Below, piece by piece: positions 57,101-64,000 of a stretch of DNA of 64,000 bases. The stretch comes from Eledone cirrhosa. Its lineage: Eukaryota. The number at the start of each line of letters is the position of its first letter. The stretch's first letter is position 1. The position numbers and the translations under genes were made by a program. Below the pieces are notes generated by a model. That model worked only from the letters and a program-made list of their open reading frames with translations. It did no database searches and was not told the origin of the DNA. Location: assembly GCA_964016885.1 (NCBI GenBank), contig OZ024741.1:150226001-150290000 (forward strand). The letters run 5' to 3'.

Positions 57101-60007
57101 CATAGGCAAGGGCTCGGTTACTGGAGCTGAACGCGTCGTTCCCGGCGCGCAAAGCTTACAGGGACTGGATTAGCGAATTAGTTAAGCGTGCGTTGACGGG
57201 TGCGATCGTCAACAATGGGTGGTGGGTTACCCTGAAAAGGACTATTAGAGTAGAATCGATAAGGTTTAGCAAAGGAGTAGTGATAGTGGAAAATAGAGTA
57301 GAGGGAGAGTAAGTTAGAAAGCTAGAAGAGGCGTTTAGGACAGGCATCGCAACCGACGTGCTTGCGGCGAGATTGGCACTCGACCAATTCTTCAACGCAA
57401 AGCATGAAAGATGCGTTGTCAGAGGTAGAGCGCGTGCTCTAAGACACGAGGGGACGAAAGCCGTTCAATGGGCCCGGGTGGTGGAGGCGCGACGGGGCAA
57501 CAAGTCGACAATTTGGTCTCTGCCTGATCAAAGCGGGCGCATGCTGCTCGAACCCGAGCAGATGTGTGCGGCTTTTCAACAGCACTTCGGGAGCGGCGGC
57601 GGGCCGGATTGGAGTATGGACTTCGATGCATACTTCGACGGACTGCCGCGACTCTTGACGACCGCAGCGCAGTGCTGCGAAAAGCCGATAACAGCAGGTG
57701 AAATACGGGAAGCGATGTCTGACTGCACGAGGGGTAAATCGCCAGGTTTGGATGGTCTGCCCTACGAGATTTATGCGTATATGCCAGACTTGTTCGGCGA
57801 CTTCTTGGCAGATGTCTACTGCAACTGGCAGCAGAACGGGAGCATTCCCAGTTTTGTGAGCCGGGAAGCGGTGGTGCTGCTGAGAAAAGACCTGAAAAAG
57901 GGGGACGTTATAAACAACTTCATGCCCATAACTTTGCTAAACCCAGAGTTTAAGATTTTGGCCAAGGTGTTAGCGAAGAGATTGGCGCTTGTAGTCGGTG
58001 ATCTGGTGGGAGAGGCGCAGACATGTGCTATTCCGGACAGATCCATCCGCGACAACCTCAATCTCATGCGATACATCATAGAGAGGGTGGTTAAGGAACC
58101 TGGTACGGGTGGGGCCCTGATTAACTTGGATCAATCTAAAGAATTCGATAGGGTCGACCATCGGTACCTGGCTGCGGTCCTCGAGGCGGCTGGATTCGGG
58201 CCCGTTTTTAGGGGCTGGATCGCTGCGATGCACAGCGACATCTGCTCGATTGTGAGGGTGAATGGTCACCTGTCGCAGCCTTTCAGCATCATGCGCTCGG
58301 TCCGGCAGGGTTTCCCCCTCTCGTCTCTCTTGTACGTACTGGCCATCGAGCCATTACCACACACATTGAAGACGAAGAAGGGGTGGGGGACCCACGCGAA
58401 CTGGGATGCGGGAGTTCCGTGTCATCTTACGCCGACGACGTCACCGTGGTGGTGTCGAGCACCAAACACGTCCAGATGCTCGGCACCGCTCTCAAGGAAT
58501 ACGAAGCGGTGACAGGAGCAAAGACAAACCAGACAAAGTCGGTGGGTTTGCAGCTCGGCATCTGGAGAGGCAAGTCGATGCCGTCCGACAGCATCGTGGG
58601 GCGCTGGACGGAAGGACCGGTTAAATTGTTCGGGGTCTGGTTCGGTCTGCACCTCTAGATGGAGAAAAACTGGAGAGAGGTGAAGAGCAGGGTGGCCTCT
58701 CTCACCCAGAAATGGGCCGATAGGAGGCTGTCTCTGAAAGGTCGAGCGGAGGTGGCGAATGCGTACATAGCGTCCGTCATCTGTTACCGCCTGACCGTCG
58801 TACCTTGCCCCCGCCCAACTCTGACCAAAATGGAGCGCCTTCTCTTCCGGTTTTTGTGGAAGGGACGTACTCCCATGGTCAGACGATCCGTTTGCTGTCA
58901 ACACCCGTTGCGTGGAGGACTAGGCATGCCGTGGCTGATGATGCGCAAACATGCGCTGAGGCTGCGACATCTCTGGTGCTTCCTTGATAGTGAAAAGGTG
59001 TGGTCGGCGTTTGCCAGACGCGCTTTTCCCCAGCTCGTCTCCTTGACTGAGCTGCAGTCCTGGATCAGGAAAAGACCGAGGGATAGCGCTTGGAAGCTGG
59101 AATGTCTCCAAGCGCTCACCGCCTTCTACCAGCTGGGTACTAGTATCGGTGGAATATCCACCTCGACGTTCTATAGAGGGCTAGTGGAGAGAAAGAGCGA
59201 CGACGTCCCCGGGGATACCCTCGGCGTCGTAGACGATCAGCTATTCTCTCTCTTCAAGAGAACTTTCAGAAATCCCTGGCCTGGCAATGCTACCGGGGAC
59301 CGTTGCCGGTTCGGGATAAGCTCTACAGGCACGAAGGTGCTATCAGCCGAGCCTGTCCGAGATGCACGGAGGGCGACAAAACCGTCCTGCACGCACTCGT
59401 TCAGTGCCCGAGGATTGCTGACTTGTGGGGCTATGTCGAACAGCTGCTGTCGCGTGTAGGACGGATCCGGTTATCGACTGAGTCCATTGTGCAGATAGCC
59501 CCGCCATCCTCCTTTATAGAGGAGGAAGGGCAGGCAGTTTTCATCTGCCTGGTGGCCATGGCGAAAGAGATTGTGTAGTGGACAAGATTGAAAGGGTTGA
59601 AGACAGACACTTTCCTCTCCGGCCAATCCCTGATTCAAGTTTCACTTGAAGAGGAAGATCAGGGTGGAGAGGCAAGTGCTGTCTTCTAGTAAGTTTGTTC
59701 AAAGGTGGGTGAAAGTGGTGAGTCTGGTCCGAGTGAACAGGCCCGCTCTGAGTATACGCCTGTAAATTGAGGAGTGGGAAAAGTGGTTAGGGTGGCCGTG
59801 GGCGTTTGTGTGGTTTTCACCACGAGTAACCCTCGGAGGTTTCCCCCTTCTTGGGGAATTTTTGTTGCTTGAATTTTTTTGGATTTCTAGCCCGATTTTG
59901 TTATAACCTGTTTACACGACCAAAACCCACTTTGTATCGTCCTGTACTGTTCTGTGCCGTCTCTAATGTTTTTCTTCGTGTCAGCCCTTGTGGCCAATAA
60001 AGAAACC
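54186..60007 (+). mobile_element. Full-length decayed Tx1-clade LINE (Tx1-C)
   Basis: ORF1 about 54372-56351 (CYLCGQKGHPRAFC), ORF2 56384-59765 with stops and frameshifts, 3' end cccttgtggccaataaagaaacc(att)n. Confidence 0.93.
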
Positions 60008-60017
60008 ATTATTATTT

Positions 60018-60220
60018 TGGCAGTATCGGTAGAGGGTCGGACGCCATGCTTTGACGCAAAGAGTTACAGCCCTTTCCATTATGAGTTCAAATCCCGCCGA
60101 GGGTAACTTTGTCTTTCATCCTTACGGGGTCGATAAAATAAAGTACCAGTAATACACTGGATAATTGCTGGCCTTGTGCCAAAAGTAGAAACAATTATTA
60201 TTATTATTATTATTATTATT
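60018..60220 (+). mobile_element. SINE S1 copy with (ATT)n tail
   Basis: tggcagtatcgg..gagttcaaatcc..ggccttgtgccaaaagtagaaaca(att)9. Confidence 0.92.
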
Positions 60221-63200
60221 GGCGACCTACGTAGGAACTCGTATTATCGTGAGCTCCGCAAAGGTTTGTTGTTTTCAGTTGTTTCAAATTGCCAGTTATG
60301 GACAATTTTTGTTGTTAAGTGTTTATAAGTTCACATATATTGCTATCTGTAAAAGACACAAAAATATTGGGGCCTTGAGTCCAAACTTAAACCTTTAATT
60401 ATCAAACAAAATATTTCTTTGAAAAGAAAAACATGGACCACAAATGTTCTGTTTATAACAGACCAACACCCGCTCCCCCACCATCACCAACACCAACACC
60501 ATTGTAAGCCTTGCCACGGATGCCAACACTGAAAATATAATTACTAGCAGTCTGAATTATTTAGACTTGCCGCATAAAGACATGGATTTCTCGCCATTAC
60601 CAATAACTGCAGGTGTTAAAGCTGCCACCCCCACCACCACAATGTCAAAAAGAACAACCAACACCACTGATACCACCACCACCACAGCGACAACAGACCC
60701 CCCCCCCAAAAAAAAAATTATTATCTCGTGACATCAAAATGGATTCACCCAGAATCCACTCTTCCACGCCGAACACCACTGACACCACCACCAACTCCAC
60801 CACAACTGAAACTAAAAATAACAATAACAACAACAGCAACAACAACAACAATGAGAATAACAACATCAATACCACCGCAAAGAAAAATGTGTCGTTTGTC
60901 AAAGCAGCTAAGAAAAGCGAAACAATCGAGGTAAGCCAGGATGAATTAAATGAAGCCAAGAGAATGGTAAAAATAGATGGGTACAGGGTCAGCCTCACCC
61001 CCACCTAATAAAATGGAGCATCGGCGCCTATGCACCGCGTCTTATCGGACGATAAACACAAAATCACGCCGAGTGGAACGGGCATCCGAGTCCCAAATAC
61101 AAAAAGCTTTGGGACATGTGTGGGAGAAAAAACCCACATCAGACGTGAGCAGAAATATGGATACGTGGACGTGTTCTTTGGAACACCACAGGAAGCCAGA
61201 AAGCACTCCATGGCCCCATTAAGAAGCGACGACTTTACACTCGTCTCAAGCTATTGTGGTCAGAGACTCGTGAAGATCAGGGTGACCAACGTTCCACCGG
61301 CCATCGAAATTCCCTGGCTAATGGCTGCCGTCCTCACCGGCATCGAGGCCAAGACGAAAATAATTGAGGTAACAAAAGAAAAGCAGGAGAATTGGTCCTG
61401 ATCCAAGCGGACCAAAAAAACATTGAGGAAATCCCAGAGGTGATAGACCTCACTGACGGCAGCCACCTGACCGTAATCGTTGAGGGTAGAAGGCCTAGGT
61501 GTGTCGTTTGTGGTGAAGGAACCCACCTAAAGGCTTTCTGCCCTCAGGCTAAAAAGTTGAGGCCACCTCTCCTACCCAATCCAGTGACTCAACCATCAAA
61601 ACCAGCAGCAGCAGAAATGGCAGCAAGAACAGAAGCAACTATAGCAGCAACAACCCCAGCAACAGTAGCAAAACCAACACGACCACCACCCACCGAGCCA
61701 GAAATAGCACCAGTGCCTCCACCATCCACCACGCCACAACCAAAACCAACGCCTGTGGAGGATTTTCCACTCCCCGAACTATCGCAACTGGAGACAGATT
61801 GTGACGACGAGGAGTGGGAAACTGTATCAGGAAAAAAGAAAAAAAGAAAAAAAGAAAAAGAACCCCAAAAAGAAAGAAATCCACTTCCTTCCTCCCGAAA
61901 AAACAAAATACAGGGGGAAATAAATAAACTAACAAACAAAAAAGTTAGGACAACTATGCCACCATCCACACCAGCATCACCAACCCCAATACCACCATCA
62001 CAAACACCACAAAAGTCACCAAAAGGCGCAACAGAAACAAACCCACAACAAACGCAAACAAAACAAAACAACCAAAACGATACACACAGCACAGCATTAA
62101 ATTTGTACAACAACCAGTTATTACACTACATCCAACACAACACCAGCATCACAGAAAAAGACTACACAACACCTCAAAAATTCACACCACCTCCACACAT
62201 ACAAATCACTCGCATCACACAGAAAACGTACACCACACTAAAACAAAAATTCCCCAAGGACATCGGAGACTTCCGACAAGCACTTTCCAGGAGGATATAT
62301 ATAAGGACATCCTTTCGGAGGAGGCCACAAGCAGTGAGAAGGATGGAGAAACCATCCTTCCTCTACGAGAAGTAAGGTAAGTGGTTTTTCCCATCTTTTC
62401 CACTCCTTTTCAACATGACGTCACTCAGAATAGGCAACATAAATGCGCGTGGCTTGGCGTCGTCATGGAAGCAGGGCCACCTACTCAACGACCTCAGGTC
62501 ACTAAACATAGATGTGGTGGCCATCAGCGAGACCAGATTCTCCGAGGCACGGGGCTTCGCACCGATCTTCGGCGGCTACGATGTGTACGCATCTCCCAGT
62601 CGTCCTGGATCGGGGGGAGGAGTTGCTGTGCTTTTTCGGAGAGATTTGGATCTCGCCATACGGGCCATCTTCCTGGACCCAGAAGGTAAGTTGGTGGTGC
62701 TGGACGTGACCAGCGGAGACGGGCAAGATTTCAGGCTAGTGGCCGTCTATGCCCCGAGAGGTGCAGGGCGGCCTGATTTCTTCCGGCGTCTGGAGACCTT
62801 TCTTGGAACGTCCCACTCTTTAGTGTTAGTGGGCCACTTGAACGGGATCTTAGATGCACGCTGGGATTGTGAGGGATTAGCGGATAGGGGAGGAGGGTGC
62901 AAGAGCCTCACCAACCTGCTCAGGCGTTTTGAACTGTCAGACAGGTACCGATTGGATTTCCCGAATGTGCCAATGTGGACTTGGACAAAGCGCATAGGGT
63001 CATCCAGATCATATCTAGATAGAGTATTTTGTAGGGAAATAGATAGGACTAGCATAGGCTGTCCACAATTCAAGATAGTCAGCTACACGGACCACAAATT
63101 CGTGATCTGTGTGCTTGACTTAGATAGGCTTCATAGACGAGGACCCGGCTACTGGAAGCTAAACGCGTCCTTACCAGCGCGCAAGGCCTACAGAGACCGG

Positions 63201-64000
63201 ATTAGCGAACTAGTTAAGCGGGCGTTGACGGGGGCCATCGTCAACAACAAGTGGTGGTTTGCTCTGAAAAGAGCGATTAGAATAGAATCGATTAGATTTA
63301 GTAAGGCTTTAGCAATAGAGAAAAATAGAGCAGAGGGAGAACTAGTTAGAAAATTAGACGAGGCGCTTAGCAAAGGCATTGCGACCGACGTGCTTGCGGC
63401 GAAATTGGCCCTTGACCAATTCTTCAATGCAAAGCACGAAGGCTGCGTTGTCAGAGCAAGGGTGCGTGCTCTCAGACACGAGGGGACGAAAGCCGTTCAA
63501 TGGGCCCGAGTGGCGGAGGCGCGTCGTGGCAACAAAGCCACGATCCGGTCTTTTGTGAACCACGACGGGCGCATCCTACTCGATCCCGGGAAAATGTGTG
63601 AAGCTTTTCAGCGACACTTCGCTCAGCTGTTCGGAGGCAGCGGTGGGCCGGGTAGAGGGATGGACTTTAGTGTCTACCTCGACGGACTGCCGCAGCTCTC
63701 GGCCACTGAGGCGAAGTGTTGCGAAAAGCCAATAACAACCGCTGAAGTACGGGAGGCAATGACTGGCTGCACAAGGGGTAAATCGCCTGGTTTGGATGGT
63801 TTGCCCTATGAACGTTACGTACAGATGCTAGACTTGTTCGGAGGCCTCTTGGCGGACGTCTACTGCAACTGGCAACAGAACGGGAGAATTCCCAGTTCTG
63901 TGAGCCGAGGAGCTGTGGCGCTGCTGAGAAAGGATCCGAACAAGAGGGATAACATACATAATTTTAGGCCCATAACTCTGCTAAACACAGAGTTCAAGAT
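60221..64000 (+). mobile_element. Tx1-clade LINE running off the window (Tx1-D)
   Basis: Frameshifted ORF1 about 60433-62380 (CVVCGEGTHLKAFC), ORF2 from ATG 62415. Confidence 0.92.
62415..64000 (+). CDS. Tx1-D ORF2 N-terminal part (APE + start of RT), apparently open to the window end
   Basis: The frame from ATG 62415 is in phase with the terminal NFRPITLLNTEFK. The APE motif GDWN reads GHLN here, so the endonuclease may be dead. Confidence 0.7.
   Translation, partial: MTSLRIGNINARGLASSWKQGHLLNDLRSLNIDVVAISETRFSEARGFAPIFGGYDVYASPSRPGSGGGVAVLFRRDLDLAIRAIFLDPEGKLVVLDVTSGDGQDFRLVAVYAPRGAGRPDFFRRLETFLGTSHSLVLVGHLNGILDARWDCEGLADRGGGCKSLTNLLRRFELSDRYRLDFPNVPMWTWTKRIGSSRSYLDRVFCREIDRTSIGCPQFKIVSYTDHKFVICVLDLDRLHRRGPGYWKLNASLPARKAYRDRISELVKRALTGAIVNNKWWFALKRAIRIESIRFSKALAIEKNRAEGELVRKLDEALSKGIATDVLAAKLALDQFFNAKHEGCVVRARVRALRHEGTKAVQWARVAEARRGNKATIRSFVNHDGRILLDPGKMCEAFQRHFAQLFGGSGGPGRGMDFSVYLDGLPQLSATEAKCCEKPITTAEVREAMTGCTRGKSPGLDGLPYERYVQMLDLFGGLLADVYCNWQQNGRIPSSVSRGAVALLRKDPNKRDNIHNFRPITLLNTEFK

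Noticed and set aside
48150-63563. Antisense and alternative-frame ORFs inside Tx1 copies
   Set aside because: They are shadows of GC-rich coding sequence and (CAA)/(CAG) runs, with no independent support.

Overview
Repeat-dominated, AT-rich eukaryotic DNA. The repeat types suggest a mollusc, probably an octopus or other cephalopod (inference). I found no convincing host gene. The window has three layers. (1) 5.9-36 kb: about a dozen unrelated short elements, mostly in or beside (TA)n microsatellites, carry type I hammerhead ribozyme (HHR) motifs with palindromic stem III. They often occur as fold-back or tandem copies, including a 482-bp tandem array, and a decayed Penelope-like GIY-YIG fragment lies among them. 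Three families carry the compensatory U3-A8 core, and several fold-backs start at or near the predicted cleavage site. (2) Tx1-clade LINEs: one lies inside (TATC)n at 24.3-30.1 kb. A head-to-tail SINE-Tx1-SINE-SINE-Tx1-SINE-Tx1 chain joined by (ATT)n runs from 47.7 to 64 kb, and its SINEs and Tx1s share the 3' terminus CCTTGTG-N8-AGAAA-N2-(ATT)n. (3) R4/Dong-like and RTE-derived retroelements cluster at (TATG)n/(CATA)n. A Helitron, a piggyBac-like MITE and a Tc1/mariner remnant are also present. All calls were made by eye, and boundaries are approximate.
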